This document shows positions 10,701 to 24,079 of a stretch of 64,000 nucleotides of DNA, one piece after another (position 1 is the first letter of the stretch; each line of letters starts with the position of its first letter). This stretch comes from Carcharhinus amblyrhynchos (taxonomy: Eukaryota), in contig OZ336878.1 in NCBI GenBank assembly GCA_965287045.1, forward strand, positions 105,152,001 through 105,216,000, given 5' to 3'. A model generated the notes under the pieces. That model made no database searches, was not told the DNA's origin, and was given only the letters and a program-made list of their open reading frames with translations. The position numbers and the translations under genes are program-made.

Positions 10701-13700
10701 TCCGTAAAAAAAAAATGCACGTGGCCGAGGAAATTAAAATGAAAACAAAAGAAGGATGACCATTGAAGCCATATTTGAATGCGCCACCTTTAGGATAATA
10801 TAAGTGTTTGCAGATGACACTTCAAAGCAAAAAGATTGAACGGATCGATTAACCGATTATTACATTGCTCAAATATCCCCGAGGATACACAATAAAACGT
10901 GTATCGTTTATACTCTTTGCCATATAAATGTTGATAAACTGCAATTAGAAAATATTAAAATCCTGTATCTATCCACTCAATCACATACATTTTGTTTTTT
11001 TTGAATTGGTCTCACATTGGACAGTAGAAAAAAACAGGCGAAGTTTTTGGACGACAATTCTATGCTGTGAGTTGTGTTCGAACTGTTTCACAGGTACAGC
11101 TACTGCGACCAAATACAAATAGGAAACTGCCTTTAGTTTAAAATGAATTACTTGTTCAGTTTCAAGTGATGAGAGATGTTTCAACTGTTCGTAATATGAC
11201 AATGAAGGGCAAGGATGTGTGATTTCTATTGCATCTGAGATTAAAAAACACGTAATATTCCATCTAAAACAATCGAACAGAGGACAAAACGTAACTTCAA
11301 CATTAGACAATTGGTATCAATTGTCATAAATATATTGACGGCTTAACTTCTTGGGGAAGTTTCAGCTAATCGTCGCTCTCCTGGATTGCCGACCAATGCT
11401 CTCTGGTCACATCATGTCAGGCGAAAACAATTGAATTGACAAGGAAATATAATGCCTCATTCTGATCAAAAAGCAGTTGTCGATTGTCTTGAAATTCACG
11501 TACTTTGAGGGCAACGAGTCCTGATTCAGCCAGAGATAGATATTGATACACATGGGTATGAAAATCTAGAAACAGTCCCGTCATGATTAAACATGTCCGT
11601 TTGGGACCACAAGATAGTGTTCATCTAGGGAGACAGGACACTGAGGTTGGAGTGTTTCACCCAATCTGGCCACTGCCTTGTTGTTAAAAATTAGATTCAT
11701 AAAACAATTTCCAATTGAATTGTCAACTTGTTTCGCCTGCATGGAACATTTTTTGCATTTGTCACAACACCGGTTTTATGAAGCAAAACTAGATTTCAAC
11801 CTGCAGCACATTGCCTTGGCAGGCATCGTTTCAAAATTGGTCAAGGAATGATTTTGCTGATTGCCGAAGCTATCGGTGTTATAGTTACTCGAATCTCTTT
11901 AGCACCAAAAAAGAACTCAACGAGCCTTATTTAAGGACAGAAAATTCAAGCCTGGCGCAAAATTTCAAGTTACTTCATTAATTTGATTTGTACCACTGAC
12001 ACATGTTGGTGAATTTGAAAGGCAACAATTGTGTTCATGTTAGCTCTCAGTTTGGAAGGAGTTCTTTAAGGAAGTTGAGCGTTTTTCTGCAACGCCTATT
12101 ACAAATCACTGTTCTGATGATCGGCAAGGGAGTCAATGTTGAAAACAGTCGATGCGTTGCCAAACCAGTTAGCATCCTTCCCTTCCAATGTGTGAAGCTT
12201 CTTGACTGCTGTTAAAGCCACAATCATCCAGAAAATATGCATGCATTGCATTAAAAACGTGTCTTATGCCTTGTAAAAATGGAGAACGTTGTCAATCATC
12301 TACAAGACTGGTGTAGTTAAATTATTGCTCATTTCTTAAACCCCGAGGTGTTGGTAGGAGATGATCAACCATAGAAATAGTTAAGGTCACAGCACACACA
12401 TTTTCTTCATTCCTTCAAATCAGAGATTCTGCGTGTGGCAATCAGTCGGTTATCTTTAAACATTCCTATATCGCTTATGTGCTGGGAATAGAATGATTGG
12501 CTTCGAAAAAACACCCCCATTATATTAATCTTTTTTTTCAATTTTCACAAACAGGCTTTAATGCTATCAACGATCCTGAAGAAATTCAGTTTCAGCACCT
12601 TGAAACAAATTTTGCACGACATTCTTTCTTCGGTAACATTCTTAAATCCACCATATAGTGAGCACTTTGGTGATGAATCTGTGTAGACCGATGGCTCTTG
12701 TACGCATTACGATTGGATTGCTGAGCTTTTGTTAAGCATTGAATACCTGGAAATGTTTCAAATTACCAGGTAGATGCACGTCATTCTTATACTTCGTCAG
12801 ACAGTGGACTGCGTTGAGCAACAATGGACTTTCAGAAAACTACTAGGATTTGTGCCCTTTCTCATGACCTTTACGTCCAATGCATTAACTATGTTTTAGA
12901 TTTCACATGGATAAATGTCATTGAATAAATCAAAACATAACTGGTAATTGTGATGCTGGGGACTTCTCAAATATGATGAGTTGTATTTCCATTTCCTCAT
13001 CCACTGTCCAACCGGTGTTTCTGCAATTGTGACATTGTTCCGTTGATGTCAGGTATCTCAGCAAGCTCCTCTTCCATCTTATCCTAAGCCGCACGTTTTG
13101 CTTGGTGAAGTCAGAATAAATGTGCACATATAGTACCATTTCCAGCCCACTGAGTCCGTGCTGACAAGCCGTTCATTAATAAAGCCAAATATTGAGCTTC
13201 AGAAATTTCTGAAACCTATAAAACACACATGATGTATTGTAAACGTATGAACAATTTCTCCTCACACCCTTTTCTTTGTACGGATGCATATGCAGACCAA
13301 GAGTTCATTGCTAAACTATAAGGATCCGATTTAAATGCCGTCTCATTACACCATGTTGTGTTAACGTGTCCAAAATACTCTGGAGAACATATTAATAAGT
13401 CTGCCTAACAACGATAATAAGATCGTGTGATCATATTTCTGTACCACACTGTTCGATCTTTTTGTTCAATTTTCCAATTTCTGAAAAAAAAACAGAGGAC
13501 GTTTATCCTTATTTCGGCGAATGAACTGAATTTTGTTTCGCATGAAATTCCTACTTTATTGCACCAAATTTCATCTCTGCAATTTCTAAATCATTTTAAT
13601 GAAAAGTTGAAGTTTTCATCTTCTTCTAATAAGAAATAGCCTTGAGCAATTTGCTAATTTTATGAAGAGTACTTCGTGCCTTTTTGCGCCATGTTTTGAT

Positions 13701-15069
13701 GTAAATTTCAACCCTTTTTTTGGAATCATGACGGAATACTTATCAGTGGGACCTGTTGTCGAGAACTATCACTGCCAATACGCCACAGACACAAAATAAT
13801 TACCTAACTTTTTAGTTTTCGCTGATTTTAATGACTAGAACTTCCCCCAGTGCAAATTAAAATGTCTTATCACTGTCTATCGCGAATACATCGTTTTGAT
13901 CGTGTCGCTGCTTGAAAATTGGAAAGACACACCTCGCTGCCCGTGCTACACATATTGGACTTGGTGGTTACTATATATATACGTATATATGTATATATGT
14001 GCATATATTTATATAAAACATTGCTAAATTTACCAATATGTTTGACCAATTTCATGGTCATTCCACCTGCTAACCCTATTAGCCAATGTAACAAAAACTG
14101 TTCTTTCTTTGATATTGGTTAATGTTTGGTTCCTTAAATATATTCGCACTGTCCATGTCAATATTTCAACAGCTAACTTTTTTTGCGGGGGAATATGACA
14201 GCGTGGATAGGATGAAGGTTCAGCTGATCAGAATATGATACATATCGGGAGTTCACATACTTAAAATTATGTGCAAAAGAATCAAATGTGGTACGCAAGT
14301 TTTTTTTCATGCAATGAGGAGTTCTGGTCTGAAAGCACAACTTGGAAATGTGGTGGAGGGGTATCAATCAAGGAATTTAGTAGGGAATTTAATGATTACA
14401 TCAATGGAAACAATGTGTACAGTTGTGGGAATAAGACCACAGGACTGAGCTACGATGCACCTTTAGTTTGACACGATGGAACAAATTATCATAACTGATT
14501 CCATAAGAAATCCATGACTCTATGTTTCTGAAAAAGCAAGCCTAAAATTTTGAAATGGTCGATATTTGATATGTTTTTTATATTTAATTCAATCTATATT
14601 ACTTAAATATATATTTTTGTCGCCTAATTTTACTGTCTTACAAGGTGAATATACATACGTAGCGCAAAGTTGTGGAGAAATCGCCAATAGTTCTTAAATG
14701 CCAGCCTTGGTCTAATGCACGCGGACAAGAAAATCGTTGTTGACCATTATTACCCAGTTCAAACTGCGTGATATATGAATAAAACTCCGTGGAATGCACT
14801 CTGGTTTGAATCTTCCTGATGCTTGTTTTGTATATTCAGCGTCCCCATAATCATCAAGTTTTTTTTTTAATAGTTAAATTGCTCTTCAGTTAAGAAAATG
14901 TATTTGAAAAATAGGGTGGTACAGTGCCATAATGCGTACCTCTGTGTTGCCACTCGAAACATTGTGCAACAGTGCGTCATTCATTTGCTAATAAGTTCAA
15001 TGGAACAACATTGCCCCTGTTGAGTCCTAAGACTGACACAATTACACATAGATATTCAAACTAATTTAC

Positions 15070-15096
15070 CAACGTCTTTTGCAAGCATCTGTCTCA
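15070..15096 (-). CDS. Micro-exon E12 (27 nt, phase 1-1): (M)RQMLAKDV
   Basis: ccctcttacag|TGAGACAGATGCTTGCAAAAGACGTTG|gtaaat; paralogous to E4 and E8 (all start TGAGACA). Confidence 0.85.
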
Positions 15097-15419
15097 CTGT
15101 AAGAGGGATCAAAGTATCAGAACATTAATTATCAGGAGATGATAGTTGTAGGAGCATACGGCTTCAAGAACAATAATGATTCTTCAATAATACTTTCGCA
15201 TGGAAAAATGCATAATATTAAGCTAATAATCATTTTGCAAATGCATAAGAATACATGTTTACGTATTTTTCTTTAATTCCAATCACTGACACGCCTGGAA
15301 TAACCCAATGGTACGAAATACCAATTCATGTTTCGAGATGCAAGTGTAACGCTGCAAAATAGTGCTCGCTGGTGCTTCACCATGTTGAACGCAAGTGGCA
15401 GATATTCGTCATCTGTAGT

Positions 15420-15552
15420 AACTGTGACCCTATTATATCCAAACATATTATTAATAGAGGAATGATTCTAAGTAATATTCTCGAGAAACAAAAATGTTAC
15501 TTAAAGTCATTCTTCTGTTAATAATATGTTTGGATACGATAGGGGCACAGTT
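15420..15552. repeat. Long inverted repeat/hairpin (60-bp arms, 13-nt loop), MITE-like
   Basis: 15420-15479 is the reverse complement of 15493-15552 at 52 of 60 positions by my count. Confidence 0.9.
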
Positions 15553-16989
15553 CTAGAAATAATATTTCACTCGAATTATGTCTGTTTAAACTTAATAAAT
15601 TGCCGATAGGCGTTTGCTAGAATAATCTTTAATATACCCGTTTCTGTTACGTGTTTGTGCTTTTATTTCCACCCATTGTAATTACTACATCCGCGCTTTT
15701 GGATTATCTGTGAAGCTCAGCAGTTGTTCCTATTCTTCTGCAAGTTACCCCTTGAAAAGTCGCGTTCCCATGTTCAGGGCTGGAAACCACTGCCACCTGC
15801 AGAAACAGAAATGCGTCACGGGAGGGAATGTAAGATGCGAGGCATGACTACTCAAAGGAAAATTGAAGCCGTAAATATATGAGTTTTTCAATTGAGCCTG
15901 GGAATCCTTACCCTCCAGAATTCTAGGCGATTCTCCCAATCGTGTCTGCACCAACTCTCGCTATGATGCTCCGTCTGAATGATCAATCATGGCTAATACA
16001 CCAAACGTACACATCTTTGGGGACTAAGGGGCAATTTTGCATGGCCAATCGATTTAATTATACATTTCTGCGACATCCAGAGCTGCGATTCCTTGAATCA
16101 CAGGCGTGTAAGATAAGGGCATCTCATAGCATACTATAGCAATGTAATACTATTTCATTATTATTGTTAATTTCAGACTGCGTGGGCTTTGCTGGCAAAA
16201 AAAAACAGCATTCATTTTGACCAAAGTAGATACTGACTATCTTCGCTGATCCAACGGTACAATTGGCCTTAGCATGACTAAAACGCTACGAGGAAGTTAC
16301 ATCCAGGACAGTGGACTTTAGTTTGAACAACAAATATGATACCCACCTTCCCTGTTCACAGCCATTAAAAAGATTACACGTGCAGCGGCAGTGGGCAGAA
16401 AACACAGAAGACATTTGTTGTGGGCAAAGCTATGTGATTCCACAACGAACGAATCGGGTGAATGCTCTTCTGGCGTAACTCATCGAGTCGTGATGTAACT
16501 ATATGCAATGCAAATTGATTATTTCAGAGAGATTTACTGGATATGGTAGTTTGTACATCTCTGAATTTAACGAAATCCCATGCAGAACTCAGAAGTGCCT
16601 TGTTGTTTTTGCCACATAACTAACTGCTCCGATGGAATTATGATAATATTATCGAACGGCAACGTGAATATAAACAAACCGGCAAGTCATTCAAGAGAAA
16701 AAAAAAACTCAGTGAACATGTGTTATTCGTTAAAAAAAAGTACAGCTGCTGCTTCGTTTTCTGGCTATCTATAAACACTACATTTATTTAGTTCCCAATT
16801 GGTTCTTCCTTGGATTTCTGTTGTCATTCAAAACTGCTTGACTTTATAATTATACTGGTCAATTGCACTCACAAATGTTGAACATTCGTTTGGCAGTACT
16901 GAAAATTGTGTTCGTCAGTATTTTTTAAGTAAATCGAACGATGTGTTGAAACTCCGTTTTCCAACTTTTAATGCAGTCTTCTAATTGAG

Positions 16990-19900
16990 GAATGTAATGC
17001 GAATCCGACTTTGTAACAGTATTGACTTTTCTGTGATCAATAATTATTCGTTCTGTGGTGTCTGGCATTCGTACCAGCGATATTATTCAGCACTAATCTT
17101 CACAATTTTATTTAAACATATATTTTCAAAATGTACAAACTCCGTTTGAACCTGTTCTTTTTTTTAGATTGAGTTCGTTAGGATGTTGCTTCATTGGAAC
17201 AGCTATCCTACACATATGCCATGATAAAAAAATGTTGCTTCCTAGACTGTTCCCAATTATAGGGTCGTTTGATTGCAGTGACTTTTTTTCAGGTCTTTTT
17301 ACCTCTGAAATCTAATGCTTTGATTTATCCTAATTTCTGACTACTTCACGATTGTCCAGTTGATTTTGCGGAATGACAAATTTTGACTCATTGGATTTGA
17401 TTTTTAATTCTGAGTTGTTGCAACTAACACATCTTCCTCCTGCATTCTGTCTACATCAAAACACCCTTTCAACATTGTATCATGACGCAGTCTGTGAAAT
17501 TCCTTTTTATCTAGCTTTCCAATTAAATCATTCACTTCATTTAATTTTGAATTGATAAGGCCCCGTAAACTATATATTAATTGTTAATTTACCTCTGGGA
17601 ATGATATTTTCTTCCCACCATTAATACTCTAATATTGTTATCTATCGTCTGCATTCTCTTTCATCACATGTAAGGCAACGTGTATATATCGTACTGACAA
17701 ATAACCAGTCCTATTTAATCCTAACAGATATTTTGACGCAATCGCCAACAATGTGATCCCTGAGCGCTGACTCAGGAACTAATCCACGATTAGTTTATGT
17801 GACTCAGTTTTCTCATCAACAAAACTTCAATTCAAAATAACTGAATTTGTTCCTGAGATGCATGCCTAATTATAAATAATATAAATGTAATCAATTTTCC
17901 GCAATCCTCTGGATACTCCTAATATTGACCCTGAACATCGTCTTCCTGACATACTGAATGATAAACAAGTAAATTAATTAATTTACTTTAAAACTGCCAA
18001 TAACGCCCTTGAATAACTGCCACATAATTGTTTAACCTTCATCTGATTGGATTTCGGTGGGCAGTCTGTATCTAGTACATAAATGAAGTGAGCCTTTTAC
18101 AATCCTTATTGCTGTAGGTTTAGGTAATGACATGGCCCTGGAAATCTAGCAGACACATTCATTTTTGGCTAACAATAAGTAATTTCTACGCAGTGTCACG
18201 CAATCATTTAGGACCCCAGTTAAATGCAAGAATGTGTACTAAGGATTTCGGATGACTTTTTTTTTTCATTTCCTGAAATGTGCAGCATATACCACATAAT
18301 TCAATCACGTGCTTATGCAGTTCCATCCGATGTTTTTTTTTCCCCAGCATTTCTCCTTGCGTTTTCCTTTCTAATAAACGGCATCCGTTTGCAACTGCAT
18401 GTCTAATCTGCAAAACCTCATTTCTATCACTCATTGATAATTAAACATGATAAAATTCTGGCCATTTATCATGTAGCGGAATACATAACTGTCTCCACTT
18501 TCTAATTTTAACATTTCTTTTAATGCAGTGCATTCTAATAATTTATTCATATTCTCCTTTCTCCGCTTTCAATTACTTTATCTATACTTCTATATATTTT
18601 AATTCTGTCAACTTTCCTGTATTCAACAAATTAATCTAACCTCTGTCAGTGTTTGTTATCGTTATGAAACATCTTGTCAAATACTGTTTCTGATAACTGA
18701 ACCACCGTCTCGTTATGCTTAATGGGTAATATTTCCCCCTTATGTATCAAGATGTGGCTTTGCGGACTTGTTTCCACACCGTCGGACAACATCACAGAAT
18801 ATGCTACCTGCAACATCTCTGTTGTTTCATTGTCCGCTGATATTTGATCCAGATTAGCCATCACCTCTGACAGTGACGCCGCTATACCGTTACTCAGGAT
18901 AAATTGAATCCCTGAAAGAAGTCATTCCTCTGTTACTACTAACAACATATTAGCAATTACCATCGAACGCACCTGTTATAACTTACATGGTGAAACATCA
19001 CCCTCCTCCCCCACTAATTGTACTTAATAACATTTTTTCTTGCCGTACTCATTCGGAACTGCATATCACCTCATCTCTCACCATTAGCAATTGATTTGCT
19101 TCTGTAAGCTATAATATCACAAGCTGTTTACTAATCCACCTTGCACATATGTTTAAATTACCACATATACAAAATAAATTATAATGTCTGACAACCGCTT
19201 ATCATCTATCCTCAGAATAGGCACTGAATTACTTTCCACATCATCAGCTTCAGTTTCAGAGTCATTTGCCTATTTCCCAAACTCCAAGAGCTTAACTAAT
19301 TTCCAGTCAGTTTTCCCAACAATGTCCTTAATACAGAAATATTGCGATGTTGCGCCCGAATGTATTACAATGACAAGATTCAATGTTTGTTATCTCAGGT
19401 CCATCTTCATACTTTTCCCTCTTCAACCTGAGGCAAACTATCATTACTATCTGCAACGACACTTGTATTTCCTTGACCATCTGCTGATCTCGCTTTTGTA
19501 CAATTGCTTTCGCTCGCAGTTTGACATGTATTGAAAATCAACGGTTGATATAAGAACTATCTGTCTGCCAATTCTGCTACCAGTCCCATCGTTTTAAGCG
19601 GATACTCTGGAAGTGAATTTAAAAAAAAAATCCTCAATAGCCATTTTCAAAGGAGCATCTCAGATTTGGTCTATTTTTTATTGCTCTTATCCACCAAACG
19701 CAAATAATTTTCTTGATCCATACAATTTTGTTTTGCTTCTGACCTGTCTCCTTCCTTATATTTCTATAATTTTGTCTGTGTACTTTGATGCATTTTCTCA
19801 CGTTATTGTGTTAGTTAGAAACGTTATCTGATGGGGAAATAACTAACTTTAGCAACTCAACTCATTTCATCTAGTAATATCTACAAGCTCTGTGGCCATT

Positions 19901-20250
19901 ATGAATGTTTAATTCTTTCTCAGACTAAGTGAGCCGGGCTTCGACATCCTTCTCTGCAAAATCTGGACGTTCCAGAACATTGCAAAGCACATCACATCGG
20001 TCTCTTACTAAGATTTGTTAATAATTCGACATTAACTTCCTCAAATTCTAACTTGTAACTACCATTGTTTTTTTTTTGCATTTTGCGTTTCTAAAGTTCT
20101 GTTTTTCCCTCTGTCACATTACGCCAATTTATCCCTTCAAATCTAATTCAAGCCGCACATTTCCTTGTCTCCATTATACAACTTGCAACTGAATTGCTAT
20201 TATTTTCAACAATTCATCATGTTTATCTTCTGCATTTAAACGTGAGCTTT
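16990..20250 (-). mobile_element. Very old, near full-ORF2 CR1 LINE remnant
   Basis: Heavily decayed but collinear RT-like and endonuclease-like segments on the minus strand. Confidence 0.55.
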
Positions 20251-20626
20251 GATATTCCTCTTCATTCTTTCGGGTAAAATTAAATTCTGATCATTCCCCA
20301 AATCCAAAAGTTTTAATTCAACCACCCACTCCAAATGCCATTCTCTGTATCAAGAAACACATCAGGAACTGAAACAGCGATCTCTTGCAAATTAATCCCT
20401 TTTGAAACTAGGCAAATACAGTGCCTGAATAAAAGCACCGGTTCGTGAACACACAATGTAATTGAATTCATTAATCCCATGAAATAATTACGGTACTTAA
20501 TCCAGATAATAATTCGCACAGTTTATTACGAATCTGAGCCCAACCCAAGGGATTTTATGAAACAAGAGCCGAGGCCAGCATTTTTTTTTCTAATTGGGAT
20601 AATGGAGAGAATTGATCGCTATATTA

Positions 20627-22322
20627 CATAAGAACATAAGAAATAGGAGCAGGAGTAGACCATCTAGCCCTTCGAGCCTGCCCCGCCATTCAGTAAGATC
20701 ATGGCTGATCTGTCGTGGCTCAATTCCACATTCCCGCCCTCTCCCCATAACCCTTAATCCCCTCGCTTATCAAAAACCCATCAACCCGAGTCTTAAAAAT
20801 ATTTAGCGAGGCAACCTCCACCACTTCAACGGGCAGAGAATTCCACAGATTCACCATCCTTTGAGTGAAGAAGTTCCTCCTCAACTCCGTTCTAAACCGC
20901 CCCCTCCCCTTTATCTTGAGGCTATGCCCCCTAGTCCTACTGTCCATTCTGAGCGGGAAGAGCCTCTCCACCTCTATCCTATCCATCCCATTCATCATCT
21001 TATCTGTCTCAATGAGATCGCCCCTTATTCTTCTAAACTCTAACGAGTACAAGCCTAGTTTAATCAGCCTCTCCTCATAGCTCAACCCCCTCAACTCGGG
21101 CATCAGCGTAGTAAACCTCCTCTGCACTCCCTCCAAGGCCACAATATCCTTGCGTAAGTGCGGCGACCAAAACTGCACACGGTACTCCAGCTGCGGCCTC
21201 ACCAGTGCCGTATACAGCTGCAGCAAGACCTCCCTACTTTTATATTCAATCCCCCTCGGTATGAAGGCCAGCATCCCATTAGCCTTCCTGACCACCTGCT
21301 GCACCTGCAGGCTGGGTTTTTGCGACTCATGCACAAGGACCCCGAGGTCTCTCTGCACCGTCGCCTGCTGCAGTTTTTCTCCACGTAAGTAATAGTCTTT
21401 CCTACCATTATTCCTACCAAAGCGGACCACCTCGCACTTGTCAACATTAAATTCCATTTGCCAGTTCCTGGCCCATTCGCCCAGCCTATCTAGATCCTTC
21501 TCCAGACTCTCCACACCCTCCGCGCAATTTGCCGTTCCACCAATCTTGGTGTCATCAGCAAATTTCGACACCATACACTCGGTTCCCTCCTCCAGATCAT
21601 CTATATAAATGATAAATAGCTGAGGCCCCAGCACCGACCCCTGGGGCACTCCACTAGTCACCAACCGCAAATCCGAATAGCACCCATTGACCCCCACTCT
21701 CTGCCTCCTATTAGACAGCCAATCCTCCATCCACGCTAACACCCTACACCCAACTCCATGCCCCCTTACCTTCTGCAATAACCTCTTGTGAGGTACATTG
21801 TCAAACGCCTTCTGAAAATCAAGAAAGACCACATCCACCGGCTCTCCTCTATCCACCGCCCTAAACACATTCTCATAGAACTCCAATAAATTTGTCAGAC
21901 ACGACTTCCCCTCAACGAAACCGTGCTGCGTCTGCTCTATCAAGCAATTCCCCTCAAAATGCCTCGCTATTTCCTCCTTGATGACGGATTCTAACATTTT
22001 ACCAACAACAGACGTTAAACTAACCGGCCTATAATTCCCTGCCTTTTGTCTGCCACCCTTCTTAAACAACGGCGTAACATTAGCCGTTTTCAAATCTTCC
22101 GGTACTTCGCCGGAATCCAGCGACGTTTGGAAAATAACCACCAAGGCATCCACTATCACCTCCGCCATTTCTTTCAGAGCCCTTGGATGCATACCATCCG
22201 GTCCTGGGGACCTGTCCACAATCAGTCCCTCCAGTCTGTCGAGCACCTCCCCTCTAGTAACAAGCCTGTCGAGCGCCGCTTCTCTAGTAACAAGTATGTC
22301 GAGCACCGCCTCTCTAGTAATA
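20627..22322 (-). mobile_element. Young 5'-truncated CR1/L3 LINE with uninterrupted RT ORF (20720-22306, 528 aa)
   Basis: SPGPDG, NYRPVSLTSVVGK, LDFQKAFD, GVPQGSVLGP and FADDTK motifs, C-terminal RRNFFTQRMVNLWNSLP, 3' UTR and (TTCTTATG)n tail; no endonuclease domain. Confidence 0.97.
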
Positions 22323-22879
22323 TTCTGCCGACAACTTAAGACTCAGTTATACAAATTAAAACATTACTTAATGAGACAGTTAAACCAAAACTGAACACAA
22401 TGAAGGCGTTGAATTGTTATCCATATGATCTGAACTGAAGCATGGCAGTAAAGATCTCCTGCTTCTAACTGTTCTCAAAATGGCCCATTCATCTTCCAGG
22501 CTTGAAAAACACTATTAGTATAGATAACAACTGTAAATATATTGATGTAAGTAGTTTAAACAGACTTGAAACTTCAAAAGGATTTTGTCGAGTGGACTGT
22601 ATGCAGACATCCGTCTATAAGCAAAAATGAAACACAACTCATTGTCTGCGAAATACGCGGCTCATTCATGGATTCATAACACCAGATAACTGTTTGCGTC
22701 TGCATTCACATTCAGTGTGTTAATCAATCCCCACGGGGGCCGCTTTATTTTGCTTGGGAAAAGTACGTTATCGCTTAACAAATGATCACATGACCACAGT
22801 CAGTAATTATTTTGTTTTCCCAGCAGTCACGCACACCCAGCTAAAATGTTCCAATATAATGGAAATTCTAGGCTCTAGT

Positions 22880-23160
22880 CGGGTGGGACAGTGTCACAGC
22901 CGTTGACACTCCTGCCACACTGCACCAGGGACCCATGTTTAATTCAATGCCTGCGCGGAGTATGCATGTTCTCGCCCCCACCCCCGGCATCCCCCCACTC
23001 CCGTCTTCCTGGCGATCCGGTGGGTCCCCCAGTGACTAGTCTCGTGCATTGTCCTGGCTAAATTCTTTATTACTGTCTTCAAAATAGGGTCCAAAATGTG
23101 GTGACTTGGGCATTGTCACCGTGAGTCCATTGCAGTGTTAATGTAAACCTCGTAGTGAAA
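22880..23160 (+). mobile_element. Degenerate tRNA-derived SINE
   Basis: gggacagtgtcacagccgttgacactcctgccacactgcaccagggaccc head, gcggagtatgcatgttctc core and ttgcagtgttaatgtaaacct tail; same family as 4150-4450. Confidence 0.7.
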
Positions 23161-24079
23161 TTACAGAACAACAGAACATTTAATAAGTCAACGTTGAAAG
23201 TGGCTTAGTTGCATCACGTCCACAGAAAGCAGGATGCATCCAATATGAACAGTTACCACACCACCAAACTACTTATCATCATCACCAAACAGAAGGCCTG
23301 TGTGTTCAATCAGTGATGTCTCACGTAGTAATGATATGATGACTGATCCTTCAGGATTTGTATTTCCCATTGCCAATTGGTTCCTAACTGAGTTATGCAT
23401 ATATCCTCAAAATATAACATGAATTTGGAAGGTTGATGGCATGTTGGGGCTGGGCGGGGACGAGTTATGAAGGGGGCGGGGGGGGGGGCGGGGGGTGCGG
23501 ATGGGGTTGGTTAAGTGTTGATGGCAACGACGCATTTGCTTCAATAAATATGGCATTTTATTGCTTAATGTATCCAGAGAAATTTCGAACAAGTGCGGGG
23601 TAAGGTTGATATATATTTCACTTGTTGGATCCTGTGACGTAACTTTAAAAAAAAAATCATCTCATCTTAGCACACTTTGTCATCAGTTCCTCGGTATAGA
23701 TGCCTAAACAATATCATTCCAGCTCCATCCTAAATGGCAAATGCTCTATCGTAATATAAGAATTATGGAAGGTCAGTTTTGAATGCATACGTCCGTAAAT
23801 TATTATTTTCTTTTCAGAACTGAAGCAGTCCAGATCGCCATCAGCAAAAAAAAACTGGACAACATTGAACCATCGGATCAGAAGCAATTAAAAATGTTGC
23901 CACACAACTTCGATTGCGATGATATCCATCAAGACAGAATTGAACAATGAGCATTGAGAATTGTCAAAGTCATGAATAACTGAGCAGGGGACAGACAAGA
24001 TGGGAACTGGGTTAAAAAAAATCAGAAAAATTGAAGGCAATTTCGGACATCATGAGCATAAAGGGCAAAAAAAAACATA

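Noticed and set aside
12555-12632. 78-nt plus-strand exon-like segment with good acceptor and donor
   Set aside because: Isolated, with no partner exons or homology on the plus strand.
20720-22306. 528-aa RT ORF as a host gene or a novel RT system
   Set aside because: It is an ordinary 5'-truncated CR1 ORF2 with its 3' UTR and tail; it lacks the endonuclease and has sister copies in the window.
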